From the human T2T-CHM13v2.0 reference genome, Homo sapiens, in assembly GCF_009914755.1 (NCBI RefSeq), contig NC_060945.1: DNA of 64,000 bases; one strand, 5' to 3'. The translations under genes and the position numbers were made by a program. Below are positions 14,911 through 28,899 of the stretch, piece after piece (the first letter of the stretch is position 1; every line of letters starts with the position of its first letter). Below the pieces are notes generated by a model. It was not told the origin of the DNA. It ran no database searches and worked only from the letters and a program-made list of their open reading frames with translations.

Positions 14911-17900
14911 TAGATAAGAACTTCTCAAAATTTCTTTAGCATTCTTATGGCCTTTGTGAATCTTCAAGAAAGCAAGATAGTGCACAGCACTTCCCTAAAA
15001 TTATTTGTACAAAGGAAATTTTTTTGTCAAATATCTTTTATAAATAGGTTTCATAAACTAAGATATAAAATCCCTACTGTAGAAAATGTTTACTTAAAAT
15101 AAAACAAATTCAATATTTACCACTCTCTAACAAGAAAGGCTAGTAAATCATTTAATTCTGCAATTCTTGATTTTCCTTTTTTTTTCATTTTATTTATTTA
15201 TTTTTTGGTAGTCTTAAGGGGAAGCTTCACTATTCTGCACATGGATAGTAAGGAAAGCGAGACAAAATGAAACTTCATTTGCTTAATAAATGCTTAATCA
15301 ATGCCCCGATCTGGTAGCCAACATTGCGCAGAAGCCAGGTTGAGACGGGTAATGATTAAGGCAAATTTATTAAAACAACAGAGCAGAGGTCTTCCAGCTC
15401 AGAGTCTGACACTTTAAGTAGGTAGATTAACTTTATAAAATTCTTAACATACTTTGTTGTTTCATTTATTAGAAACAAATTCTAAAGTAATGTAAAAAAT
15501 CATCAACTATTTTAAGCATTCTAATTGTATCTAATTCTTGTTACCATTATTATGTTTTAAAACAAGACCAAAAGAAGAAAAGTAATCTCATTTGAAGAAT
15601 GCAGAAAACTGGAATAAATATATTCTTTTCTATTATGAAAGGCATATAATACTGAGATTATTTACCCCCAATAAACTAGAAATCAGATTTTGGGAGGGAT
15701 AATTAAGTGTCTCTACATCTATGACAGTGTTGATAGCCATACCCTCTTCCTTAATCTCTCTTTCATATATGTTCTGCCTTATTTATGTAAGTCACTTGAA
15801 ATTCATGTGCATCTTCAAAGTTTATATGTAACACACTGCTTAGATTTGGGTTTCATGATGCATATGATGGGACAGGAAGGCAATTACTCTGACTCAGTGT
15901 TGGGATCTTTGCCAACCTGTCCTGTTCTGTAAAGAGATAGGGCATGGTCCTGTTCTTCATGCCTTTCAGGGCCAGGTTTGTCTAGACCCAGATGAACTTA
16001 TCAAAATAATAAAATGTTTTACCAAATCTTGCAAAGTGCTTCCATGCATGTTATCTCATATGGGGAGAGAACGCAATGTATAAGAGGAGGATTTGTTGGA
16101 GCTGGTGGATGAAAATTGTGGCTCTGAGTTAGTTGTCTTGGAGACAACTAGATATATATTAAGGATTTTTTGGATTGTTGTAAAATTAGACATAATTTAA
16201 GAAATGTTCCTTTGCATTACCTGCCATACTTAGTACTGGTTTTCAAGGCAATCTTGTGGATTGGGTAATTACTATTATTACTTCAGTTTTACATGGAAAA
16301 TCTGAGAATTACAGATATTCACTTGCTTTTTAATGCCATACACAGCCACCTAGTGTCAAAGTCAAGACCTCATCATGGTTAATCTCGAGCTCATCCCACA
16401 GTAATTTACTGTCTCCTATTGGGTTGATTAAACTTTGGATAATTTCCACCATCTGGTTCACACTGCCATAGGCAGGGTTTAAATTGAGTCTCTATAATTG
16501 GCACTTGATACGTACATAACAAAAAAAGGAGGGCAGTGGATGAAAGCACTGACAAGTAAGGTCAAGGATGGCTAAACCTAGAAGGAAGAAGAGAGTGTAC
16601 ATGGGGTGCCGAGGAAGGCATGTGAACCAAAGAAGGAACAACAATGGAGAACAAGGGCAAGTTCTCAACAGGAAATCATGACTAATTTACAAAGATTTCA
16701 GAAGAAGGGTCTACCACAATCCTATAACCTCTACATACACATGGCACATTTAATTTCAATAATTCTACATTGCTATGAAATACTTCTTTTAAACCTTAAT
16801 GAGACCAGTGAAGGAGGGAATGTCTAACTAACTTCAGGGACAAATATTACACTCAGATATAAGACTGGGAAAAATTAACTTCCTATTTCACAAATTTAGC
16901 AGTGGCCAATACTGGGTTTTTAAAAAAATCTTTTTGTGTTTTTGTTTTTTACCATTATTCTTATTTTATCCTCAAGTAACAGGAAAAATGTAAAACCTTA
17001 TATTCCTGATAGAGTAAATAGCTGAGATTTGGAAAATGCATTGGATTTTGACATAATTGAACACTTAGTGTGCTATACTTAAAGATGAGTAGGTAGGATG
17101 TTAATGAGCACATAACAAGAACTCCAACGTTGTCAAGTGTAATAGTTAAGCCTGTCAAGGCAGGCAGTTTACTTAGGATTTCGCCACTAAACACAAGTCT
17201 TGGAAAATGCATCCCTTTAAAATACTTAAGTACTTTTTGAAATGCATTTAAATCATAATTATCAAATAACTGACCAATAAGACATCTCTGATCCCTGGCC
17301 TGATAAAATAGATCAGTTACTCTCTGCATATAAATGACTGTAAAGAATTGGTAAAAACACTTTAAGTCATTCTAAATATGACACAATTTATTTTAATGGT
17401 GATGTTGTTCTAGCAGAGATGTGGCATGTGCTTCTAATAGAGAAACAAAAGATTCATGAAATGTAATTCCAAATATCACAGTCATGCTGTGCCATTAGGT
17501 AAAACATCCTCAGCCAGGGAATGAGAGTAAAATAGCCTGTCTGGTATAGGGAATTATATTCATTTATAGTGTTAAATTCCTTTTTTTTTTTTTTCTGGGA
17601 GCTGTTCTCTCAAACACTTGTGTTCTGATTAATTTCTTACTATGCCAATAGGGATTTCCACTGCATATACTATGTAAATAACATGCAGTATTTGGCAAAG
17701 TGGTTGCCAAGGATAGATATTTTCCTTGATGCATGTCATTTTTTACTCCATGCTTAAGCTTCTGATGTCCGTGAAATGTGTGTTAATGCAGAGGTGTTTA
17801 CTGAGGGGTGGAAAAGAGAAGAGCCTAGCTTTCATCTACAATAAGAGGGTTTTAATTAAAGATATTTATGGCAAAACAAGAAATGAGAATATGGGAAAAA

Positions 17901-18297
17901 TAGATTTTTGATTGATACTTTATGTGATAGAATTAATAGATGTAGCTTGAGAAATAATACCTCCTATTGATCGATGTTTGAATATATAAAAAGTGGCTAA
18001 TTTTCAAAATTGGCTATTGTTTTTCATCATTATTGTAATAGATACACAAATCTTTTGGTATCACAAATAGCATTTTAAAAGTTTAGGTTGTAATTTAAAG
18101 TAAAATGTTCCATAAAATTTTGTGTTCATTTGATCAAAATTTATGTTTTCATTAACAAGTTATAGTGATCATTCCTGATATAAATATTTTTATTAAATGT
18201 GTAACAATAAAGTTCAGATTTTTATTCTCTGTACTCTAAATTTGGTTATCAATAAAAATCCAGACAATGAGAGCTCAAAAACGTAGGCTATTAGTTT

Positions 18298-18474
18298 GCT
18301 TTGTTTTGTCTTGTTTTGAGATTGAGTCTTACTCTGTTGCCCAGACTGGAGTGCTGTGGCTATTCACAAGCATGATCGTAGTGCACCCGAGCCTTGAACT
18401 CCTGGCTTCAAAGCATCATCCTGCCTCAGGCTTCCGAGTAGCTTGGACAACAGGTATGTGCCACTGTGCCTGGC
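18298..18474 (-). mobile_element. FAM (fossil Alu monomer) with TSD
   Basis: contains the 7SL-like gtggctattcacaagcatgatc segment that dimeric Alus lack; TSD aggctattagttt. Confidence 0.8.
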
Positions 18475-18694
18475 TCAGGCTATTAGTTTTAGAGGTAAAA
18501 TAATTAAATCAAAATAGAACAACCCAAAACACACTGATACAACTAAGCAAGCAGTTCTGCTGAATATGGCCATCAATTTCAAGAGAGGTAGAGAGGTAGA
18601 CAGGTACTGATTGATTCATATCTACATGAAGAACTAAAGTTAGATTATTTAGCTCTAAGTATTAGGTCACATCTACAAAACTTTCCAAATTAAC

Positions 18695-18834
18695 TTTTTT
18701 TTCTTTCTTTTCCCCAGAGAGACAGGGTTTCGCCATGTTGGCGAGGCTGGTCTTGAATTATTGGCCTCAAGTGACCTGCCCCCCTCAGCCTCCCAAAGTG
18801 CTGGGATTACAGGTGTGAGGTACTGCACCCGGCC
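18695..18834 (-). mobile_element. FLAM / Alu left monomer
   Basis: T-rich tail then gagacagggtttcgccatgttg...caaagtgctgggattacagg...cacccggcc; flanks ccaaattaacttt/ccaaattaccttt. Confidence 0.8.
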
Positions 18835-20335
18835 ATGCCAAATTACCTTTAATTTACATTTGGAAGTAGAAAATGGCTTTAAAAATGGTGAAATAAAGAA
18901 AAACTGTGGAAATAAAGAGTGAATATTGAAATATCTAATACTATAGCTAGGTGTTTTGTTTTTGTTTTTCTTTTTAATTAGTTTTAAAAGCCCCAGAAAT
19001 AAGCCAGGGGCCTGAAATGTGGATTTTGTTTTGTATACACCTATTTCTATTCAGTAGGTATCTTGTCATGAATCATCAAAATTGTTTTAAATTGGCTTGA
19101 TCATCACGTAATGGAATGTTTATTCTCTTAAAGTGTACTCAGTGCAATCCCCACATTTAAATTCATTTGTACCAACATCACAGAGCAACAATTGTAGAAT
19201 CGATGCAGCAGAAAGTTATTAAAGTCATGAAATGGAATAATCTCTGTGGTTATGAAAGCCGAACTTACATTTCCTCAGACTAGGCACAATGTGGGTTCCC
19301 AGGAAAGAGGGAGGAAACTGAGCGTTATTACTCAGTCACTGATCTGGGACTGTTTTCTTCTTTAAGTGCTCTATACGAACCCAAAGAAAGGCTATTAGCC
19401 AGTCAGCCATGGTTTCCTTTTATTACTGCTTAAACAAGTCATTGATCTGGAACCAAAAAAGCTCTACTCAAATAAGAATTTCACTGAACCAATTGCAAAT
19501 GGCATTAGAATGAAATTTTTCAGAATACATTTGATGGTAATTAATGTTTTCTGCTGTGAAAAATATTGTCTTGAAGTGAACCATTTGGAAACTGGAACAA
19601 ATAGACTCCGGGCAGATTCTAAAGTTTATATTTTCAAATCAGATGGGTTATTCTTTCATTATAATTTCCCTATTGTTAAAATAGACAGGGACACCAAGCT
19701 TGACATAAAGGTGCTATCTTTTTCTCTTTCTGATTGGAATATAAATATGAAGACTATAAGGGTCATATAGATACATTTTTAACTTAAGAAATCATATTTA
19801 AAATTTTGTTTCTATGTATGATATGATGTAAAAAAGTTACCTCAAATTTTCTATTTTAGGTAATGGTGAGATGGTGCTACATTTTAAATATCAGGTCTAA
19901 GAAACTATATTACTTCCTCCTAGAAAATTTTTCTTCTTTATTATTTATGAATAAATAGGGGAACAAACTAGCAAAAAGAATTATCAAGAAAATCTATCAT
20001 GTTAAATGATTGAAATATCAAAATAGCAAAATGTTGCTGATATTTGGTATCTGTAGGAATAATTACTATTTATCAAGCAAGCCATGATTTTAATGATGCT
20101 GAATGTTGTTCTTGCAAAAAAACTCTTCCATATAATAAATAGGTAGGGTGTGGGTCACCTACACAAAATGAAGTGAGGCAATTATTTTTAAACAATGCCC
20201 CAAATCCAAAATTACTGCATTTATGTGGGTATTTTTTCCTACACCCATCCCTACCATCATTTCCAAACTTTAGTTTTGGTACCAAAATTTTGTTTAACAA
20301 AAGTTTCATGTCACCAAAATAAGAGTATATCCAAA

Positions 20336-20392
20336 AGAGAGAGAGACAGAGACAGACAGAGAGAGAGATAAAGAGAGAGAGAGAGAGAGAGA
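20336..20392. repeat. (GA)n/(GACA)n microsatellite
   Basis: agagagagagacagagacagacagagagagataaagagagagagagagagagagag. Confidence 0.9.
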
Positions 20393-21686
20393 GGCTTAGT
20401 CTGTCTCTAATAGTATTTACTGATCACCAATTATTGTGATGTTAGGAATCAGTCATACACTGGTAAAGCAAAGGTAAATTTGACCTAGAGTTTGCTGTGA
20501 AGGAACTCACTTCTTGTCACAATTTTATGACCAATATTATTCCATGAGAATGTATGGTACTTTCCTGCTTTTGCATCCATTTTATGAGTATCATTCCGTC
20601 TTTTATCTGCACGCTTCCTTAAAGCCTTCTTCTGCTCACATTTTTTTTTTCTCCAAAGTCCTCTATCACTTACTTCTCTCATGTATTACTTTTAGGGGCA
20701 TATAATTATACATTGCTTCAAATATTTATTTATATATTTTTTCATGTATTAATGGTTATTGCTACATCTTACATTTCATCTGCAGTGTTTAGCAGATGGC
20801 AGATATTTATAAAATTTGAATGAATGATTAAATACTGAGTAACATATATATCTCATATAAGCATCTAAACATGTTAATACACAAGATAGTAAAAGCAAAC
20901 CGATCTTTTGGAGGAATGTAAGTGCTCATTCAATATGGTGGCATGGGATCAATATGACAATATAACTACTGTCTTCAACCTAATGGTAGCTCATTTGTTA
21001 CATGTTCTTAAATACCCATAATTAACCTTTAGATCCTTTTCATTGTTAAAGCCACTCATCTGAAAAGTCTGCTTTTTTTCCTTGAAGATTGGAAGCAGAA
21101 AAAGATAGAGTTTTGGAAGTAAACCAAATTTGGATAGGCTCTCCAAACTGATTTGCTGATATAATTTGGTAAAAGTATTAAGTGTGCTTCAAAGAAAATG
21201 AGAAATGGAAAAAGTACTGCGTTTGTGGGATCAGATCCATGCAGAACAAAACACACATGAGGTTTAACCCAAGCAAAGCCATAGAGCTAAGTCAGCTTCC
21301 AACCACCACAATCCAAAGAAAAAAGCATTGTTTTTTTTTGCATAAAAACAAGTGTAGTGAAAAAATCCCTATAGAAAGTCAGTGGATGTTTGTAATTATT
21401 TATTATCATAGGCATTTTTCTTTTTCTTTGTTTATCTGTCAAACCCCTAATCTGAAAGTAGTATGAAGTGATTGTCTTCTTTGACATGGATAATTTGAAT
21501 GGTAATGGGTTTTGTTCTGAAATGTCACGCTTCCAATTTGACTTAAGAGCACAAGTAGACACAGGCTCGATTTGGTTCTTTTGACTTAAAAGATCTTATA
21601 GGACATTGTGAACCTTGGTCACTTCTCAGGAGTAACACATGAGTGGATCCATGAAAGAAACATATGCCAAAGCCTTACAAAGGTAC

Positions 21687-22231
21687 TGTGATAGTTAATA
21701 TTGAATGCCAGCTTGATTGGATTGAAGGATGCAAAGTATTGTTCCTGGGTGTGTCTATGAGGGTGCTGCCAAAGAAGATTAACATTTGAGTCAGGGGACT
21801 GGGAAAGGCCGACCCACTCTCAGTCTGGGTAGGCACAATATAATCAGCTGCCAGCACAGCTAGAATAAAAGCAGGCAGAAGAACATGGAAGGATTAGACT
21901 GGCTGAATTTTCTGGCCTTCATCTTTCCCCCATGCTGGATGCTTCCTGCCCTCAAACATCAGACTCCAAGTTCTTCAGCTTTCAGACTCTTGGACCTACA
22001 CCTGGTTGCCAGAGGCTCTCAGGCCTTTGGCCACAGACTGAAGGCTGCACAATCAGCTTTCCTACTTTTGAGGTTTGGGGACTTGGACTGGCTTTTTTGC
22101 TCTAAGCTTGCAGATGGCCTATTATGAAATTTCACCTTGTGATCATGTGAGTCAATACTCCTTAAAAACTCTGTTTCATATACACATCTATCCTATGAGT
22201 TCTGTCCCTCTAGAGAACGCTGACTAATACC
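21687..22231 (+). mobile_element. MLT2A-type ERVL solo LTR
   Basis: tgtgatagttaatattga...cttgattggattgaaggatgcaaagtattgttcctgggtgtgtct...ctagagaacgctgactaatac. Confidence 0.9.
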
Positions 22232-22694
22232 GCCACTATTTAGGACAAAAATATTTTAGGTGATCTATGTCTGTATGTTCAAAGTCCAGGCTTGATTAGT
22301 CATTGTTATTAAATTATTTTAAAAATAGACACAGTAGGTTTCAGATTTAACTAAACTCTTAAAATTACTCCTTAAGAAGCCCACAAAAACCTCAAGGCAC
22401 CCTCCCCAAAGACTACAGACCATGCCACGTGGCCAGTACAACATTTGTTTGTATTCCAGTGAAAACAAAATGGAAACCAGCTCCTTTATTACTTTCAAAT
22501 ATAAGAAAGATACTAAAATGATCATTAATATGCTCAATAACGAAGAGTGGTTTTCATTGTGGATTTATGTGTAACATGTAATATTTTGCTAGCCTCCATT
22601 TGGTTTATATTTTGAAGTCTTTGATTTTCAGGAAAAATAAATAACAGTAGGTTGAGATAATAAGCCAAAGGAAGATCTACCTGAAAATAATTAT

Positions 22695-23009
22695 TGTTTT
22701 TTGTTTTGTTTTGATTTTCTAGAGACAGAGTCTTACTCTGTTGCCCAGGCTGGAGTGCAGTGACATGATTACAGCTCACAACAGCCTCAATCTCTCAGGC
22801 TCAAGAGTCCCTCCTGCCTCAGCCTCTCCGGTAGCTGGGACTACAGGTATGCACCACTGTGCCCAGCTAATTTGTGTTTGTTTGTTTTGTTTTGTAGAGA
22901 CAGAGTCTCGCTGTAATCCTCAGGCTGGTCTCAAACTCCTGGCTTCAAGCAATCCTCCTGCTTCAGCCTCCCGAAGTGCTGGAATTATAGCTGTGAGCCT
23001 CCACACCTG
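22695..23009 (-). mobile_element. AluJ
   Basis: acagctcacaacagcctcaatctctcaggctcaag (J-type); ends about 45 nt from the exon 13 donor. Confidence 0.88.
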
Positions 23010-23054
23010 ACGTTAATGATTTAATAAGACAAAATACACATGAAGGTTACTTAC

Positions 23055-23190
23055 TAGGAAGTTCTGGTGGAGGAGTTGGCACCAAAGTTGGTTCTGGATA
23101 AAGACTCCCATTGCAAATCCCATATGTTAGGCTAATGTCATCCAACGCAATATCACTCAGGATCTTGTTTTTAAAAGCATTAAAAGCAAC
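23055..23190 (-). CDS. TMPRSS15: TMPRSS15 exon ~13 (136 nt, phase 0-1), end of MAM plus Pro-rich linker
   Basis: gaattgcag|GTTGCT...CTTCCTA|gtaagt; VAFNAFKNKILSDIALDDISLTYGICNGSLYPEPTLVPTPPPELP (also within ORF 23047..23229). Confidence 0.98.
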
Positions 23191-25147
23191 CTGCAATTCA
23201 GAGAGGCATATGAAACGATTTGATTCCATTCTAATCTTCTCTGACTTGATTCTTCTTGTGAGCCCAAGAGATTCAATATTGTCTAGAGATTCAATATTGT
23301 CACCTTGAACTATATGGTGACCGTTACTACATAGTGAAATCTTGACAGATCATGCTTTTTAAATTCTTCTGCTGAACCCAACCCCCTTATTATGTGTTCA
23401 CACTGGCTAAATTTCCAATGATGTCTTCCTTCTGAATTAGTCAATATTGTTACAGTTTCTATATCTCTGTCTGTGTCTCTCTTATGATATTGTCATATTC
23501 CATTGTACTCTGTCATGCATATATATCATCTGGCAGGAGAAAGCAATTTTCTCCCAAATTTCTTCTTTCAGCAATATTAAACATTCAGGTAGTTTTCTTC
23601 CTTCTTAGAGCATACAAAGCCTGAAGAGAAAACACACTGGGGGTGAAGGGGACGAGAGAGAGTATGAGTGTAAAACGATCATTCAGGGCCAGCTGTTACT
23701 GGTCACAGTTCACCCAGGGTGTTGATGTGGGATACTGTGCAAGGGTGGTGCCCGGAGGACACAGAACGAGATTTGGAAGAAAGGTCCAGTGGCCAGAGGT
23801 AACATATTAGGTTCTCAGGAACAGTGGGTATTTTAGCTGTACTTTCCTGGATCCTGTGCTATGTAGAAGAGGAAAGACATAAATTGAATGTCTGCTATAT
23901 GCTATTTGCTATGCTAGGCACATGGTATACATTGATCTTATTTAATTTTCAACACTCATTCATTCACTCATTTGTTTATTCATTCCACCTACTTCATGCC
24001 AGACATTATTCCAGTAGGTATTATTTTCTTCCTTACACATATGACCTAATTAAATTTCAAGGAGACTATGGTGACTTGCTCATGATTTCACAACAAAATG
24101 GCAAAGCCAAAGTGCACGTATCTGTAGAACTTGACTCTCTCGCACCACCTCATGAGCTGTGAGAAACTGGATCCAATTATATTACTTTAGAAAAGACGCT
24201 CAATGAGTATAGCCACATCTGGCCACTGCAATACTGACTTCCCCTTCTGCTGTCTCTTTTCTCCCTGGCCTTTCCATTTTCCCTTACCCTTCTCTGAATT
24301 ATCAGAAAACAAAATTGGAGAGGAAACGTCCCATAAAAGGATCAAAGAAGAAGAAAGAAGGAAAAAGGAAGAGAAGGAAAGAAAGAATGATGGGAGGAAA
24401 ACGGTTGAGAGTCATTAATTATTGCCTTACACCAAGTCACGGGGAAAATCTGAAGCCTTTGATGATGGCAGTGTCTGTCCAAATATACATCTTCTGAAAG
24501 TGATACTCTTGTGTTTGAAATTACCCATTTAAAACATTATTAATTTGGTCAAACTAATAGCCTCTATTATGCCATATTTTAATTGCAAAGACCCTCAGGA
24601 AGAGAACACATTAAAGTGTTATTTGAAAAATTAATTCACCTTAATGTGAAATAAATGATCAGAGACTTCCCAATGCTACAGCTCATATAATTTGTTTCTA
24701 AAGGAAATACATGGAGATTAAATCAGAGTGGGGCAGGGTGGGTGGATGCCTATGGGCATAGGCATAGAAAAGGGCAGGGTTGACCTAGGTGGTATTTGTG
24801 AAAAGCTGAAAATTGTAGGTAGGCAGAGGGCTTAGAGATAAATGGTTGGCCTATGCTAGAAAGTTGCTGAAGGAAGCTGAAATATTCTAAAAGACTTCGA
24901 TGTATTTTATGGACCATTATAAGCTGTATTTTCATTAGTACATTGTTCCTCAATGATGGTTTTTAATAGGCTATTGAATAAATAAAAATAAAATACTCCA
25001 AGGTAAAATGTGAGGTAGATTGGGCAAGTAGAGAAAGTGACTTGATTATCTTCAGAAAATACATTAATTTTTTCACTGTATCATTCTAAATATAATTGTT
25101 CCACCACAAAAAGGATACAAATATAAATAATAAAGTATTTTGCAAAC

Positions 25148-25298
25148 CTTAAATTTAACTGTTTCATTTAGGGTTACTTGTCCATAATTCCAATTGTCTC
25201 CATAATTTCCTTCCTTTTGGAAAACTGTCTTCTCCATATTTTGGTCATTGCTGATATTAATGCTTAATTTATGGACATTTTCACCATACATATGATAC
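25148..25298 (-). CDS. TMPRSS15: TMPRSS15 exon ~12 (151 nt, phase 2-0), MAM
   Basis: ccaaactag|GTATCAT...TTTAAG|gtttgc; (W)YHMYGENVHKLSINISNDQNMEKTVFQKEGNYGDNWNYGQVTLNETVKFK (overlaps ORF 25073..25291). Confidence 0.98.
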
Positions 25299-25596
25299 CT
25301 AGTTTGGAAAGAAGCAAAAATGTTTGGATTCCTACAACATTAGAATAAGTCCTTTTCAGAGCTTTTCTACATTTTTTACTTTCTTTGAAATAATCTTTTT
25401 TTCCTTCTGGGTTTTGGAGTTGCTGGGGATGGGGAGAGGTGTCTATCAATGTTTTATTGCTTATCAGTTGGGAAAAGTAATAGTATATGCATTAAAACTT
25501 TAGCCAACATCTTAGTGAAATATGAGCCTGGTGGCCTGAGCAAGGCAATGTTACCCATTAAAAAAGACAGCGTTTAAACAGGTGTCTACAACATAC

Positions 25597-25702
25597 CAGA
25601 AACTAAGGCAAGCTGGCTCCAAAGTGGGGTCCAAAGGGAGGCTTAAAAGCCCCACTCGTTCTTGTCTCCCTCCTGGTCCAGTTGGGGTAGAAATGTAAAA
25701 TC
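25597..25702 (-). CDS. TMPRSS15: TMPRSS15 exon ~11 (106 nt, phase 1-2), MAM
   Basis: ttttacag|GATTTTAC...AGTTTCTG|gtatgt; (G)FYISTPTGPGGRQERVGLLSLPLDPTLEPACLSF(W). Confidence 0.97.
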
Positions 25703-27101
25703 CTGTAAAAATATCAAAAAAAATTTATTTCACTTAAATATTGCATTTTCATTGTGTGACAAGTAGACTTTGTAAGCAGGAAAGAAAAACTTTAAGAAGA
25801 AAGGTTAAGGAAATATATTTTAATATAGTGGACAGGACACTAGACTCGAGCTCAGAAAGCAGTATTTTTGCCATAACAGATTGTTATTGACAAAAATAGC
25901 TTAACACTGGGCCTCCCACTTTATTAAACAAGAGTCTTGAAGTGGAGTACCACCAAGGATATATAAAATTCTGACTTATTATGAGTCACTAAATTATCCA
26001 GTCCAATTCCTGACTTAATTCTAGTTTACTAGATATTTTGATTAATTCACATGAGGATATCTAGAGATGCTGGTGGACTAACTCAGAATATACACATATA
26101 TTTAAATACAAATTTGAAGGCAAATTTAAGAGTTTCTAAGATTTTCAGTTTTATATTTCACTGAACACTTCATATCTCTAAATAAGAACTTGCCTTATTT
26201 TAAAACAGTCTTATCTTTCTTTATTCCTATGAACGATAAGTAATCAGATCACTGAGAAGCAGAAAGCATGCTAATCCGTATAAAACTTTCAAAATAGCAC
26301 AAGCCACTGCATAAAGTGCTTGCTGGTCTGAAATTCATTATTCCAACCAATGATTTCAGTCATTTGAAGTTTGCGAAGGGTTGTTGGGATAACATTTTGA
26401 ACATTTTCTTAGGGGAATTTATTTTATTCTTAGTTTCCTGCTCACATATTATGACAGGAAGCGAGAATCATGTAACTAAATATTATATAAAGCAAATGTG
26501 ATGTTGGATTAATCTAATTTGATTGGAATGCAATTTTTCATGAGATGATGAAATTTAGTGTTTACCTGAAATCAAGCATCTTCTCTCTTGTGCTTTGCAA
26601 CAGAAAAATATAGGCAATGTTGCATATAAACTTTAAACTCATTCATTTATGAGATGCAAAGTAAGAACAAGGCATAAAGAAAAGAAGCTAGTAGAACTGC
26701 CTATAGGTATATCAATGCATATTTAGACCAGTGAGGCAAAAATTATTCAGAATAAATGAGTGTTTTATCAAGGTGAAATTATGGTCAAGTGGCTTAATAA
26801 ATGTAATATGTACACATTCATTTGCTTTGTATGACAAACTGTTAATAATGTGTTTAACATTTTATATTATTAACACATTACTCCTATTTTATATAATGCT
26901 GTAATATTTCATGAGTACATATCTTAGCTATTTTGTTAGTGTTCTAATTATATGACTGCATGGAGAAGAGTGGCCTAGATACAGAAGAGAGGTCCCAGAA
27001 TCTACTCTTTAAATGCACAACTCCAAATCGCTTTTGAATTTACCTTACTTTTGATTACTTAGAACATAACTGGGGAAGAAATAATTAAAATACCACTGAA
27101 T

Positions 27102-27450
<349 letters not shown>

Positions 27451-28899
27451 TTAGCCTATTCAGAAAAATTTCTAATTAGCTACAATTATATAAACACACA
27501 TCATGCTCCTATTTATGTTTGGCCATGTTCACAGTCAATAGTTATAATTAATTTGAAATAGTTTGAATCTGTTTTTCACTTAGTAAGCAGTGATATATTT
27601 GGAGTTTTCAGTATGATCAAAATATGATGCTATGAGTTCTTTTGTCAGTGATCAAGTAAAACATAATTAATTATGTAGACTATAGTACCTTATAAATCTT
27701 GCCTAGAGTAAATATCATATAGAATTGCATATTATTGAATATAGTAAAATAATATATAACATTAAATTGCTATTTTTGTGATATCAGCTACATTCTTTAG
27801 TTAACAAATTAGAAGATGAATAAAAGCCTTCATAAAATGCTAAAGTTTAAGAGTAGAGATTTGCAGTTTACATAAAACTGTACTTAGTCTAACCACTAAT
27901 TGTCCTTAAATTTCATCTATAACATTTTGCCCTAAGGGATCACTTGATCTCTGGTTAACAGATGCCAGATGCAGAAGAAATTATTCTATTCCAAGGCATC
28001 CCATTCCGTTTCAACATGATTAGAAAATTATTTTCTTTTTTAAAAAAATAAGCTTATACGCACCTATTATAACTAATTTTGCCTTGTGGGACTATTTACA
28101 ATATAACATATTTGTTAGCTCTACAGAAGTTTAAAGGCCACTATTACATCTCTCCTAAGTCTTCTCAAGATTATCCATCACTTTTTTTTCCTTAAATAAT
28201 TTTATTAAGGCAGTTTCAGTTTGCTTCTTTAATTTGAGAAGCCGTCAATTAGCTGTACATTCAGTTGCTTCCACTTAAAGTATGGAAACTCACATTCACA
28301 CAACATGTCTGTTGCGCTATCTCACCAGGGAGCAGAGTAGAAACATCCCAACGCATGGAACTATTACTGAAGACAGACCATCATTGTCACTATTTCCAAG
28401 TGCATCTCACTTCTAGCTCTCTGAGTCTTCTTGGGAATCATCTCTTACACCATTGCTCAATAATACTTTCTTATGCACAATCAAATTAGCCCCTTATTCA
28501 AGATCTTTTATTATCTCTTTATTTCTTATTAAACCAAATACAAATACAGTCTGATATTTGAGGCCCCTGTGTTATGACCTCAATGTCATTTTCCGGCTAT
28601 TGCACCTATACTTCATCTATTTCCATAGAGCACTTCTGCAAAATTAGATAATTTTAATATTTCCAAACACCTAGAAATTTTTTGACACTTTGTGTCTTCT
28701 TTTTTCTCTTTTACCTCCTTCCACTTCCCCTTCCAATTGTACCTTGTTAAAATCGTATCAATTGTTTGAGGTCATTTAAATCAAACTGTCATCTCCTTCA
28801 GAAAGCCTCCCAATTAAAAGTAACCACTTTTTCTTTTGAATTCTCGGTGGCACTTTGTACTTCTCTGATGTCATTCGGCATATTCTGTCATGTATATAT

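Noticed and set aside
25073-25147. ORF continuing past the exon 12 donor (VCKILYY...)
   Set aside because: Short intronic read-through; the next exon continues the known protein, and nothing supports an alternative terminal exon
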